A stretch of DNA of 64,000 nucleotides. Source: Octopus vulgaris. Taxonomy: Eukaryota. Within the stretch, counting starts at the first letter, position 1. Each line of letters opens with the position of its first letter. The notes beneath the pieces are model-generated. The model saw only the letters and a list, made by a program, of their open reading frames with translations. It searched no databases and was not told where the DNA came from. Location: positions 91,574,001 through 91,638,000 of the forward strand of contig OX597819.1 in the NCBI GenBank assembly GCA_951406725.2, written 5' to 3'. The position numbers were made by a program, and so were the translations under genes. Positions 51,561 through 63,883 of the stretch are shown here, piece by piece.

Positions 51561-52789
51561 TTTGATATGTGTAATGAAAGAACATATAGTGTTGCATGCT
51601 GATGATTTACTGTTAAGTGTATAAATACAATCAAAAGTTCCTAGTCATATTTGGCAAGTTATTATGCAAGTGTTACAATTCAAAAGTTCTTATGTATTTA
51701 ATACAGTTATTAGAGATATAATACAGTTCAAAAGTTCTTATGTAAAAGAATAAAGTAGTGTACAAATCTTTTTCCCCATTCTTGTATGAAAGGAATGATA
51801 TTGTTCTTTGTAGCGGTTTAGGAGCAGTTCTCAGGAACTGGTCAAGTCGGTACAAAAGCTTCTTGTGTGTCAATAGATTTATCTGCACTTTTATCATGGT
51901 TTCCCTCCAGTTTTTTTTACAAACATAGTTCTTGTTTTATCTATTTGCTCTTTACAATAGACTCTGTCAAGACTTTTAGCCTGAAGGATATTAAATAAGC
52001 TATCAGTGAAAGAAAATATATCATTTGATACTTATAATAAAAATGAGAAATTCGGATCTATTTGATTATGATGGAATCCAGTTGCAGAATTGATACGTGT
52101 CTCTTCTTGTGATTCAGAATTTTCAATGATGTATTCACAGATGTTGATTAGGAAATCACAATTTTCTTTTGTATTGATAATGAGACAAATAATTCCATCT
52201 AGTTGCTGCTACTGCTTTGGGAATTTTCTTTTAATAATATTTCCTAATGCATTGGCATTTTTTTGGGTGATTTTGTTAAAATGTACTCAAAAAGTATCTT
52301 GCAGGTTTTTTTGTTTGTTTTAGCAGCAGAGCATCTTTGTGAAAGAACTAAATTCTGTAGGGCTTAACTAAAGAACAAAGACCACAGATTCACATTTCTG
52401 TCTTATCTCTAACTGTAACCCACTTAATTGTACTACCATGGATCAGCATTGTTATTGGTTTGTTTATGCAGATGAATTTATTTTCACACTTTCTTGTTTC
52501 AATGCATTTAAAAGCATGTTCTGTTAAAGCATTTGCTGAATGGTCTGCACTAACATAGTTAAAGCTGTTTAATTGTTCTTTAGCAACATACTTTTTTGTA
52601 ACATAATGCAAAACTGTTGGCAGTTCTAAATAGTTTAATACATCAGATGTTTCAGCTACATATGCTTGTTTTTATGTCCTGTGCCTTTAATACATTGCTG
52701 CTAGACTTTGGTTAAGATCTCTGCTCTAAAGATATATAACCTTCCCACTTCATCTTCTAAGCCTTTAAAAAGAAGATATTCTGTAAAGG

Positions 52790-55700
52790 GGATAGATGCA
52801 GCTAGTTTTCTGCAGCTGTTATGGTTTCCGGAGTGGTAAACTTCCCTGCTTTATTTGTCTGCTTCTCAATTCTTTTTTTCCCCCTGTGGCTACTTGCCAA
52901 TCCTCTGTGTCTTCTTCATCTGATGACATGTCAGAGGAATCAGAAGATAGGAGGGGAAGTGTATTGGGGTCTATTTCTAAGTGTGTTGACCTTGTTGTTG
53001 GTGTTGGTGGGTGGAGTATGAATCTTTTTAGTTTTCTCTTTCTCCTTTGAAGTTATTGTTGGTGGTGTTTCTGTTCTTGGTGGTGTTGTTTGGTTTGGCT
53101 GACATCTTGGTTGCTGATTTTCCTTCATTTGTTTGTAGAGCTGTTTAATTAGTTGTGCTTATGGTAGTGTGGGTAGCATTACTGTTTTTTTTTTGCACAG
53201 GTTTTTGGTTTACCTGTGGTTGTTGTATTTCATGATCTTATTGTCGTTGTTGTTTCTGTGCTAGTGGGCATGTAATTTTAAGTGTGCTTTGCTGCCACAA
53301 ACGTAGCAACGTATCTTTCTGCCTTTGATGGCCACATGTAAACTTGAATCCTCTCTCAATTGGATTTGATGTGGAATTTTTTTGAAAATCATTGGATTAA
53401 TTTGAGCAAGAATTTTGATTTCTTGGCCAATCCAGTTTTGCTGGTCCACGACAGCGATTTCCAAGTTATGGATTTCGTCCTCGATGTCATAGCAAATGAT
53501 GAACTTGAGCCATTTTATTTCTATTTCAGGAGGCACATTCTTTATTTTAATTTTTGTGACTCTACGACCAAAGTATGTAGGGATCATCAGTAAATTTTCA
53601 ATTGGAAGGACATTGTGGAGAGGTCCTTCACTGTGAAGTCAAACCGATCGTGGCAAATCTGTTTCCCCTCGTGATGTAGTCTTTAAAGGCCCATACAGGC
53701 CTTAAAAATTTTTCAGCTTTAAAGCTGCAGCAAAATTTTTTTCGGCATTTGTGTTGATTGTGGTGGTGATGGCAGTGGTGGTGGTGGTAGCAGAGGTAGT
53801 GCTAGTGGCAGAAACAGTAGTAGCTGAAGTGCTTTCTAAGGGCTGTGTGCGTTCACACGGAACGGCTTTGTTTTCAGCTTCCTTCACCTCTGGCATTGGT
53901 AGAGGCAGGAAGTCGGTTTCCTGGTTTCGCATAGCCATACTTGATATTGTATTGTTAGATGTGGTAGTTTTGATGATGTTGGTGGTGGTGTTGATAACAG
54001 GCTTATCATTTTTTGTAGTAGCGTCTTTGTTGTCTTTTACGACAATTCTTTCTTCTGTCTTTCCCAAAGTAGGAAAATCCTTCTCAGAAAAAATCGCAGA
54101 ATACTGCTCATCCCCCACTAAGAGTAAAGGGCAAGACGTTCCCAGGAATACTTCTAGACGTCGAAAGAAATCCACCCGACCTGTTAAAGGCGGTGCGTAG
54201 ACTGATACAAGTCAAAAAGCGCACCCATTGCTGCCGTCGACATCCAGGACGCCCAGTCTACCGTCCCGATCTATGAATATTGTCTTTACTTTGAGATCCA
54301 GACTCTTGCAAAAAAGTACCGTGGTGCCACTACTGCCCATTCTTGGCAGACAGGGAGAAAAATAAATGTTAAACTGTCCGCCAAACATGGTCTTGTGGAG
54401 TCTGGTCTCACTTATGGCTATGATTTCTAACTTGTGTGACTTTGTCATTTAACAAGTCCCCTTGTTTCCAAGGTGACCCCAAGCCACGCGCATTTACAGA
54501 ATCAAGTTTGATCATAATCCTAGTGAATTAAAATACAAGCGAAAGGAACAGAGGGTTACTTACTGCTCAAAAGTTTTTACTTTCTCCTCCTTTGGTTTGT
54601 CCTCGAGATCCCAGTAAAGTTTCTTCATGAAGTATTTTTGGCATTTACCAACCGCACTGGGGAAAATGCCTTTTAGTGTGTGGTGCAGACTTCTGGAGAT
54701 ATGTAGTATTTTGATGTGATCCAGTGGTGTTGTGTATAGGTGATTGTTTTTGTCATCTTCTGTTATGTTTGTTTTTGATTTGATGTATTCCATCAAATTT
54801 GTTTTTTTGGTGTCTATAGCTGTGAGCATGTTTGCTGTATATATTTTTGTAGTGTTGGTGTTGCTGTTGTTTGTGGTGGCTTTCGAAATGTATTTGGGAG
54901 ATGTATATCTCCCTGCTTTGTTTGTGTTTTTCATTTGGTTTGGTTATTTTTCTGCTTTTTTTTTCCCTTCCTTTTTTGGCTATTTGCCATTCCTCACTGG
55001 TTTCGTCTTCCGACGAAATTTCTGAGGAATCAGAAGTGGGTAGGCTTCTATGTATGTCTGTGTAAGTGGTTGTGTTTTTGTTTTCGTTGCTGTTGGTTGT
55101 TGAGTGTTTGTGTGTGGTGTGTGGTATAGGGGATGGGGAATCAGTTTTTGTATATTTTTTTGTTTTTCTGTTCCTTTAGTTCTCGCTGTTGTTGGTATTC
55201 TCTCAGGTGTTGTATAATTTTTGGTTGTTGATGGATTTGTTGGTGTGCTTCTCTTGTCGTCTTCTGTGTTGATGGTGGTGTGGGTAGTAGTGCTTTTTCC
55301 TTGGAGTGTTGTGGTAGTGGTTGTTGTTGTTGCTCTTGTGGTTGGATACTTCTTTTTCAAATGTGTTTCGCTTCCGCTCAGATAGCAACGTGGTCGCCTG
55401 CCCTCTACCACTGCATAGAGTTTATAGCCTTCTGGCAGTTCTATAGTGTTGGGTATCTTTTCTGCTGTTGTTTCATCGAATTGAAGGAGTAATTGAATTG
55501 ATTTTCTCACCCAGTTTTGCTGTTCTAGAACAGCGATTTCAAGAATGTTTGTCTGCCATTTCAAAGCAGATGGCAGAGACTAACAATTGTATTTCTACTT
55601 CAGGTGGTACATTTGTTATTGTGACTTTTGTCACCCTCTGGCCTAAATAAGTTGGTATCATCACCAAGTCATCTGTATGCAGATCAAATGTGGAAAATCG

Positions 55701-58465
55701 TTTCGCTAGATTTTCATTGTGAACATGTACTTGGACTGTGTCAAATTTATGCCACCAACTAACGTATTCCTTTGAATCCCAAACAGGGCGAAGGCATTTT
55801 TCGAGTTTTTGCTGCGGTGCACTTTCTGGTTGTCTTGTCTTCTTGTTGATAACTTTGTATATTATTGTCTTTTTTTGTGTGTTTTCTACGATGTATTGTG
55901 GAATGTAGAAATGCATTCTTTGGTGAGAAGTGCCTTTGTGTTGTTTATTTCTTGTGCGGTGAATTTTATTTCTGCCATCCATGTCCAAGACAACTAGCTT
56001 ACCTTCTGGGTCTAGGAATATTGATCTTACTTTTATGTTTAGACTCTTTTGAAAAAGCAGCGCAGTACCACCACCACCCATGTTTGGCAGACAGGGAGAA
56101 AAATAAATGTCGAATTGATTGCCAAACATGGACGCGAAGTCCCACGGGTTACTGAGTCTGATTTTACTGATTGCTACTATATCAACGTTCAGTGACTTGA
56201 TGTCATTTAGAAGATAACCTTACTTCCAAGCTGACGCCAAGCCACGCACATTCACACAACATAATTTAAGCATAATTGATGGTCGAAAATTTGTGTTTCA
56301 CACACAACAGTGAAATAGATGAGAGGGAAGGTTACTCATTTCGAAAGTTTGAGTAGTTTCCGCCTCTTTTGAAATGTCTTTGAGGAGGTGTTTGTAAAGT
56401 TTTTTAGACAAGTACTTTTGAAACCCCCCGACCGCATTTGGAAAGATGGTTTTGGGTGTGTGGTGCTGTGTTTGTGTGATGTGTACTATTTACTTTAAAG
56501 TCATCTTCACAGATATTTGTGTTGGATGTAATGTATTCCATTAGTTTTTTATTGTCCATGTCTATTGCTGTTAGATGTGTATGTGGTTTTGCGGGGTCAT
56601 TGATGTTTTGATTGTCTAAGAGGGTGCTGTCAGGAGTTAAATATCTCCCTGCTTTACTTGCATTTACTTCTATATGTGTGTTTGTAGAAAGTGTTGTTGT
56701 TTTGTGTGGTGTGTGTTGTTGGGGTATTAGGGGCAGAATTTGTCTTTGCGTCATTGTTATTTGTTTTCTTGGTTGTTGTTGTTGGTGTTGGTTTGTCTTT
56801 TGATGTTGGTGGTGATGTTGTTTCTGTAGTTGGTTGCGATGTCGAAGGTAATAGTGATGGTGTTGTTTCTCTTCTTGGTGATGTGATTGGTGAGGGGGAA
56901 ACAGTTTTTGCATCGTCTGCTGTTTTTCTTGTCTTTTGCGTTGAAGGTGGTATGGGTAGCAGGGGTTTTCTTCCAGGTTTTGGGCGTGGTTGCTGTTGCC
57001 TATTTCTGGCAGCAGTTTTGCAATCATATCTGAAGTGTGCCTCACTGTTGCGCAAATAACATCTTGGCCTCCTGCCCTTCACCACTACATAAAATTTGTG
57101 GTCGTTTGTTAGTTGAACACTGGTTGGTAAATTATTTATTACTTCTTGATTGGATTTGAAGCAATATTTCAAGCTTTTTACCAGTCCAGCTTTTCTCTGG
57201 AATGTTGACGATTTCTAAAATATCTGCTTCTTCTATATTGAAGCAGATAGCCGATGCCAACCACTGGGTATCCACTTCTGGAGGCACATTTTTTAATTAT
57301 TTTCGTTACTCTGCACCCAAGATAGCTAGGTACCATTGTTACCTGGTCTGTGTGCAGAGTAAGCGTCGAAAACTTCTTTGCTAATTCTTCCGTATGGAAG
57401 CGAACTTGCACGGTAGTAAATTTATACCACCAATTCACATAATTTTGAAAGTGCCAAACAGAAGCAAGGCACTTCTCAATCTTTTCTGTAGCTGGGCTTT
57501 CTGGTCTCTTTATTTTTGTGTTTAGGATTTTATAGATGATCGTCTTCTTTTGTGCTTCTTCCAAAATGTTATGTGGAATGTTTAGGTGTATTGTGTCGCC
57601 TTCTTTGATGAGTAAAGATTTTGTGTCTTGTATTTGTTGAGCAGTGAATTTTAAAATTCTCCTTTTTGGTCTTATTGCTTCCGCGAAATTTGTCTTGTTT
57701 TTTGTGGAGGTGGTGGTGGTGGTGTTGGTGGTGATGTTTGTGGCAGAGTTGTTTGTAGTAGTAGATGACTGTGAAGCTGTCGTCTGGTTGTTTACAAGTT
57801 TTTGTTTGGCGGTGGCAGTGTTAGCGTTCATGCTCACACTTGTGCCTGTGTTGCTCTTCCCCTTCTCCGCTCCTTCATGAAATTGTGGTGAAGGCAGTAT
57901 AGGGGAATCAACATCGTAAGCGTTATCAAGGAGACCAGTGACCTTTTCACCGATGACTTCATGGCTGTGGAGTCTGGTCTCACTGATAGCTATGATATGC
58001 GGATTTTGTGACTTGATGTCGTTTAACAGGTAGCCTTGTTTCCAAGGCGACCTCAAGCCACGTACATTTATACTACCTATTTTGAGCATGTTCCTATTGA
58101 AAGTTGTGTTTTACACATGAAAGAAGATGAAAAAGAAAGAGAGCGAGAGAGAGAGAGTCACTTACTGTCCGAAAGTTCTTTGTTCTTCAACTTACAGTCT
58201 TCTCCCAAAAGGTTTTTATACAGTTTTTTGGACAAATATTTTTGAAATCTCCCAACTGCATCAGGGTAGAGAGCAAGGAAATCGAAGAAAAGAGAAATGT
58301 AAATAAGCTTGAAACTGCCCCTGGGGGTCAATTCCTCCCTTGAAAACACTCAAAGGAAAGCTGGATGCTTTACGTACCTTGTGTGCGAAAACTGGAACAA
58401 AATGTGTGCAATAAAAGCTCGCAAAAAGGGATTATCTGCGGAGCCAATACGATATCACGTCAGTC
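52790..58465 (-). mobile_element. Head-to-tail chain of four diverged Tx1-like ORF1 segments separated by three APE N-termini; no RT
   Basis: ORF2 starts at 58089, 56273 and 54515 (NVRGL..WKQG..LND..AISETRL); ORF1 motifs RVTK.I.NVPPE, RCYxCGSxxHL knuckle and FPxAVGxxQKYxxKKLY recur. Confidence 0.85.
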
Positions 58466-58505
58466 GATAGATAGATAGATAGGCAGGTAGGTATATATAT
58501 ATATA

Positions 58506-58800
58506 GATTTCTTTATCGGCCACGCAGGGTTGAACACAGAAGGGACAAAATACAAAGTAGAGCTATTCTTTTTGGGAAGAAAAGGAAAAAAAAAGTGGGG
58601 ACGATCAATAGGGATCATGTATCACAGAAATGTCAATGCATTCGGGTAGTCGAGTTAGTACACCTGTGAGACAGCCGAAAGCGTCTGAGTAGGTCTCCTA
58701 GGCATTTGCATCCCCGTATATTCCTATATCTGCCCACGTAGTCTAAATGTGTGTCCAAGGTAGCATTCCAATCCTCCACTAAAAGTAAAGGATGCCTTCA
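58506..58800 (-). mobile_element. Tx1-like fragment: APE piece fused to 3' UTR with a (TA)n(TATC)n tail
   Basis: LLLVEDWNATLDTHLDYVG..LLRRFRL..RLDYPN, then T-rich UTR ending GATAAAGAAATC. Confidence 0.7.
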
Positions 58801-59269
58801 GTCTTCACCCTGAAACACTACTGAAAGTATTAGTCACTTTTGTCTGTGCCATCAATATTTTCCAATCACATCGGAATGCGTCAAAGCAATGTACATGTTG
58901 ATACACGTCTCAGACATGAAACAGATGCACAGACCAGTTCAGTTATGTACACATTGACCCAGCGTCATATATATAGGACAGTAACATTCAGTTATATGCA
59001 TAAAATGGTATTTGTGAACAAACTATATCCTAAGTATTGTAAAATAACTCTTTATAAACAGAGTTTCTGTGTCAAATGAACATAACGATTCAACTTAACG
59101 CTTTGAGTTATTATTTGTAGGTCACCGACCATACATTATTTCTGCCATTTTTCCTGTAAATTTTCTCAGGTTTCTCATTTTCTCAATGCATTACAAATAT
59201 ATCTGATACACTTAATATTATTTACTGACCTATATATATATATATAGGACAGGAGGACATAATGGATTA

Positions 59270-59945
59270 AGATTAACATCTAGGAAGTTTACTAAGCTAT
59301 GCTCATTTTCAACAGAAATTTTAAGACTAAACCTATGAAATTTTAAAAATTATTTTCTAATTTTCTATTATTTCGTTTTTGGATTGGGTTTTCAAAATTC
59401 TTTATGTGAGTTCGTGTGTTGAAGCATATTTTGTTGTAACAACTATTGAAAAGGTTGCAAGACACAACGGAAATTTTAGGAAAAATAAATGAGTGGAAAC
59501 TTTACTAGTGAGTGCTAAATAATAAGGCATTAAAAGAGAACGACTCCCCCCAGACACAAGTATTATTATTAGTTTTAGTAATAAATAATGCATCACTGAT
59601 ATAGGCTGCCACCTATTTCTGGGAATTTACTATTAAACTTATGCAGTATATATGTTCCTACTATATCGGTGACTTGTGCTGAATCAGTTGAGCCCATAGC
59701 AATGTCGAAGCAATCAGATGTGTCCTTCCTAGCCCAGTATTTATTGTCAAATTTGATTAATGATTTACGAGCTGTAAGTATATTATTAATTTCCTGGCGA
59801 GACAAGTTAGTATGACGCTTAGCAAATATAAGGACACTATATAGTGCTATGGGGTTTATTGAAGAGTAGTAATCATTTATATCAACCTGGATAAAACTAT
59901 GTCTATCCTTATTATTGATTCTATTTAACCAGCTGATTACTTCCT
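59270..59945 (-). pseudogene. Penelope-like RT fragment
   Basis: FIQVDINDYYSSI, FDIAMGSTDSAQVTDIVG and VNFLDVNLN. Confidence 0.8.
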
Positions 59946-59956
59946 GTGTATTAGAC

Positions 59957-60235
59957 CAGTGCTTGTCAAACTATCTGATGTGGCGTACTGGCATTTGTTT
60001 TTTTTCCAGGGACCAGTAATATTTCTTAGTAATATTGATTTATACTGGAAACTATAAAATGAATATAATAAAAGTTGGTGATTTTTTAATCTTATATTTA
60101 TTTTGTAAACAAATAATACAATATTACATAAGCATTTTATAATGTTACTTTCTTTTCTGGAAGCTTGCTGCATACTGGCAGCTGATGGTTCAAAGACCGG
60201 TGCCAGTCCACAGACCACCACTTTGAGTAGCACTG
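59957..60235. mobile_element. hAT-type MITE
   Basis: CAGTGCTTGTCAAA ... TTTGAGTAGCACTG with 8-bp TSD tattagac / tattatac. Confidence 0.75.
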
Positions 60236-61856
60236 TATTATACCACATATTGAGGAGTAGTAATCATTTATATCAACCTGGATAAATGTGTCTATCATTA
60301 TTATTGATTCTATTGAACCAGCTGATTACTTCCTGTGTACTAGACCACTCATATAAGTGTTTGTGTGCGTGGGTGTCTGTTTCCCCACCATCACTTGACA
60401 ACCGATGCTGGTGTGTTTATGTACCTGTAACTTAGCGGTTCAGTAAAAGATACCGATAAAATCAGTATTAATCTTTCAAAGAATAAGTTCTGGGGCTGAT
60501 TTCTTCAACTAAAACTCTTTAAGGTGGTGCTCTGGTGTGACTGCAGTCAAATAATTAAATGAATAAAAGAATAGTGATATTGTTGCTTTGGGAGTATATG
60601 TCTATCAGCACATAAATGGCCACTTGGAGAGAAATCCTGTTTGAATATGTTTGTGGGAAGATAAACTAACTTTTTGTGAGAAAATTTTACCAAAATGGTA
60701 TGGTGTCTCTTGTGTAAGTACGTCTGTTGGAAGATAAACTACCACTTTGAGAGAAAGTATTGCCAAAAATATCACTTGTATTTAACTTCAGTTTCTGAGG
60801 TCTACTTTCTAAAAGGAGTCTTGTCATTTAAAAAAAATTATTTGCAACTACGTGATTTTGGGTTCAGTCCCACTGTGTGACATCTTGGGCTAGTGTGTCT
60901 TCTGCTATAGCTCTGGGTGGCCAATTCACTGTGTGTGAATTTGGTAGATGAAAACTATGTGGAAGCTTGTTAAGTGTGTATTTTTTTTGTTTTTGTCTCT
61001 CTCCACTTCACAACAGGTGTTGGGGTTTGTTTACGTACGTCCTCTAACTTAGCAATCTGGCAAAAAAAGACTGATAAAATATAGGATAAGACTTAGATTT
61101 GTTTGACTAAAACCCTTCATGGTCGCAGTCCATTGAGTGCAAACCAGTAAAAGATGAAAGAATTATTAATAAACAGTATTTGTAGTTAGTGTTTGTAAGT
61201 AGAATAGTGATGACTGGTAATTTATCTTGTTGATTCCAAAAATAATTGTAATGCAAAGGTGGCCACAGAAGAATTTGAATTTGGAATGTCAAGAGCAGGA
61301 AATTTTGTTTGATGCTACTCATTATTATTTGTCCCAGTACATGACTGTTAATGACTGGTAATTTACTTAGAATGAAAAATTGTTAAGTTTTAACTTTTTA
61401 TTCAAGTTCAGAACAGCCATTAATACAGTTCCATATATATTGTCTTGTAGCTGTGGTAAACAAATAATACAATATTACATAAGCATTTTATAATGTTACT
61501 TTCTTTTCTGGAAACTTGCTGCATACTGGCAGCTGATGGTTCACAGACCACCGCTTTGAGTAGCACTGTATTATGCCACATATTGAGGAGTAGTAATCAT
61601 TTATATCAACCTGGATAAATGTGTCTATCATTATTATTGATTCTATTGAACCAGCTGATTACTTCCTGTGTACTAGACCACTCATATAAGTGTGTGTGTG
61701 TGCGTGAGTGTCTGTCTCCCTACCGTCACTTGATAACCGATGCTGGTGTGTTTATGTACCTGTAACTTAGCGGTAAAATCAGTATTAGGCTTTCAAAGAA
61801 TAAGTTCTGGGGCTGATTTCTTCAACTAAAACTCTTTAAGGTGGTGCTCTGGTGTG
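60105..61856. repeat. Local direct duplication of about 400-430 bp (60105-60539 and 61457-61856)
   Basis: Collinear high-identity match covering the MITE end, a Penelope piece and the SINE 3' half. Confidence 0.88.
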
Positions 61857-61861
61857 GCCAC

Positions 61862-63054
61862 CTTAGCGGGTATCGCCTGTGTCAGCCTGTAAAACAGACT
61901 AGGCGGGTAATACTGTTGTAGCATCAAAAACTTCTGACGGGGCTTTAGCAGTGCCCGGCATAGTTCGTTTATGCATCGCGTTACGTTCTCATCTGATGTT
62001 TCCCTATTCTGTGCCGACTAGGGACGAACCCTCATCCCTAAATACGGCACGCTTTCATCCGGCTCGACTTGTGGTACCGGACAACCATAGAGCGTCGGCG
62101 ACGATGACATTGACTAGAAAAGACTTTCCCCAATTTCGAATGGAGAACCACGCACACTTGGAAACGTTAATGGAGAGCCACACCGCTTGGTAGAACTCCA
62201 AGCACCGTACAATATGATTGTACGAGGTGGGGCGCGAAGAATGCTCCATCTCCCGGACTCGACCTCGAAAAGCTTCCTGTACAGTGTAAGAAGGGACGAA
62301 GGGTTGAGCCTCTGTCAGTTGGCGCGCGCTATACTGAAGAACGTGATTCGTAGGAATCTGCGTTTACTGGGCTCCGAATACGACGCTGTTCGCATGATAG
62401 CTCAGGCTGCCGATCTCGCCCATCAAAACGAGGAGCTATCCGCCCTGTTCGATCTACCATCTGCCTGAAATGATGGCAATCCATACGCCCCTGACCTCCG
62501 CCTCGTCCATGCCAAGAGATGGGCTTCGCAACCAGTCCAGGGGGTGTGCACTGCCGCCTTCAAATCAGACCTGATCGGAAACAGTTGGCTGACGCGACCG
62601 GGTGGGATCTCGGAGGTATGCTACTTGGGGATACTCAAGATGCGGACCAACACGTTTCCCACACGTGAATGCCTCATCCATGGAGGTCGTGGCGATAGCA
62701 CCTGCAAAAGGTGTGGAAGTGCGTCTGAAACGATCTCCCACATCAGTGGCCAGTGCTCACGCCTCAAAGCGAAGAGACTGGCCAGGCACACTCGAATGTT
62801 GGCTAGGGAGGCCGAGCGGTATGGTTGGATGACCGGCTGGGAGCCGGTTTATTGAATATCGGGGTCCAGATACATCCCCGATTTAGTGTTTCGCAGTTCT
62901 AGCGAGGTCGTCATCGTTGACGTTATCGTCCGATATGAGCAGGACACGGCGTTGAGTGACGCCGTACGCGAGAAAGATAGAAAATACCGGCCGCCGATCC
63001 CACTCCTCCGATGTTTCCCTATTCTGTGCCGACCAGGGACGAACCCTCATCCCT
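61862..63054 (+). mobile_element. R2-like (restriction-like endonuclease) non-LTR retrotransposon fragment
   Basis: Thumb LHLPDST..FLYS..RDEGL, W..QPVQG, LKMRTNTFPTRE, CCHC CKRCG..ETISHISGQC, RLE IPDLVF..IVDVIVRYE..KDRKY; RT core absent. Confidence 0.82.
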
Positions 63055-63883
63055 CATCTAAGGCATATACACACACATTTGTGGTGTATGTATGTATGGC
63101 CCTTGTTTAATATATTTAGAGAGTTCACTATGACATATAAAAGTTTCCTACAAATTTTAAGTTGGATTATTTGTTTAAATATTTGTTTAAATATTCCTTC
63201 TTTGTTCTTTGTCAACATTAAAAGCATGTTTTTATATATAGCGGTTGAGGCAGAAAATCACCTTAACTAAAATAGCATCAATATGTTGTGTGAAATTTGT
63301 TAGTGGAGTTAATACAACAAATAGAACTCCTTGATACACTTACTTCCAGTGAAACTTTTTTTGTTTTGTAATGATTCAAGTGAACTCCTTGCCACATGTC
63401 TTGCGGGCATGAACAGTAGCTCTACTCTGTCTTCTATTGTCAACTTAGCTCCTTGGTATAACCATGTGAAAAAAAAATACATTAAATTTTATCCATTTGC
63501 ACCTCCAGCTCTAAACCTTGCCCTAACTAGTTTTCTTTATGCAGTTTCCTCATTTGTAGGATTTTTTTTTGTCCTCTGTCCTGGAGGACAGCTGCCACCA
63601 ACCAGCAGATGTCTATTGGTTTGGGCTCACATTTTCAGAGCATTTCGGCGACACACACAAGTTTTTTTCCTTTACTACCAGAAAAAAAAAAAAACAAAAC
63701 AAAAAAACCTTTAGCTGCAAAACTGAAAACTATATATTCTAAAACCTTTTTCTATGCAAATGACTTGAAGCAACATGTGACGTCTTATTTTACCTTGTTC
63801 TCTCCTTATAACTTTTGTTACACGTGTTTATGTAAATTATATATGCCAGACTGTTATATCTCATGTTCGGACGGCATACCTTC

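Noticed and set aside
51600-52760. Possible additional decayed Penelope-like RT on the minus strand
   Set aside because: Only vague motif echoes; cannot be supported without a profile search
53702-57880. Thr/Asn-rich ORFs as mucin-like genes and Val-rich antisense ORFs as membrane proteins
   Set aside because: They are low-complexity linkers of Tx1 ORF1 and their reverse complements
61862-63054. Functional link between the rDNA-associated R2 fragment and the Pol I factor RRN3
   Set aside because: They are 29 kb apart among many unrelated TEs, with no sequence evidence beyond thematic coincidence
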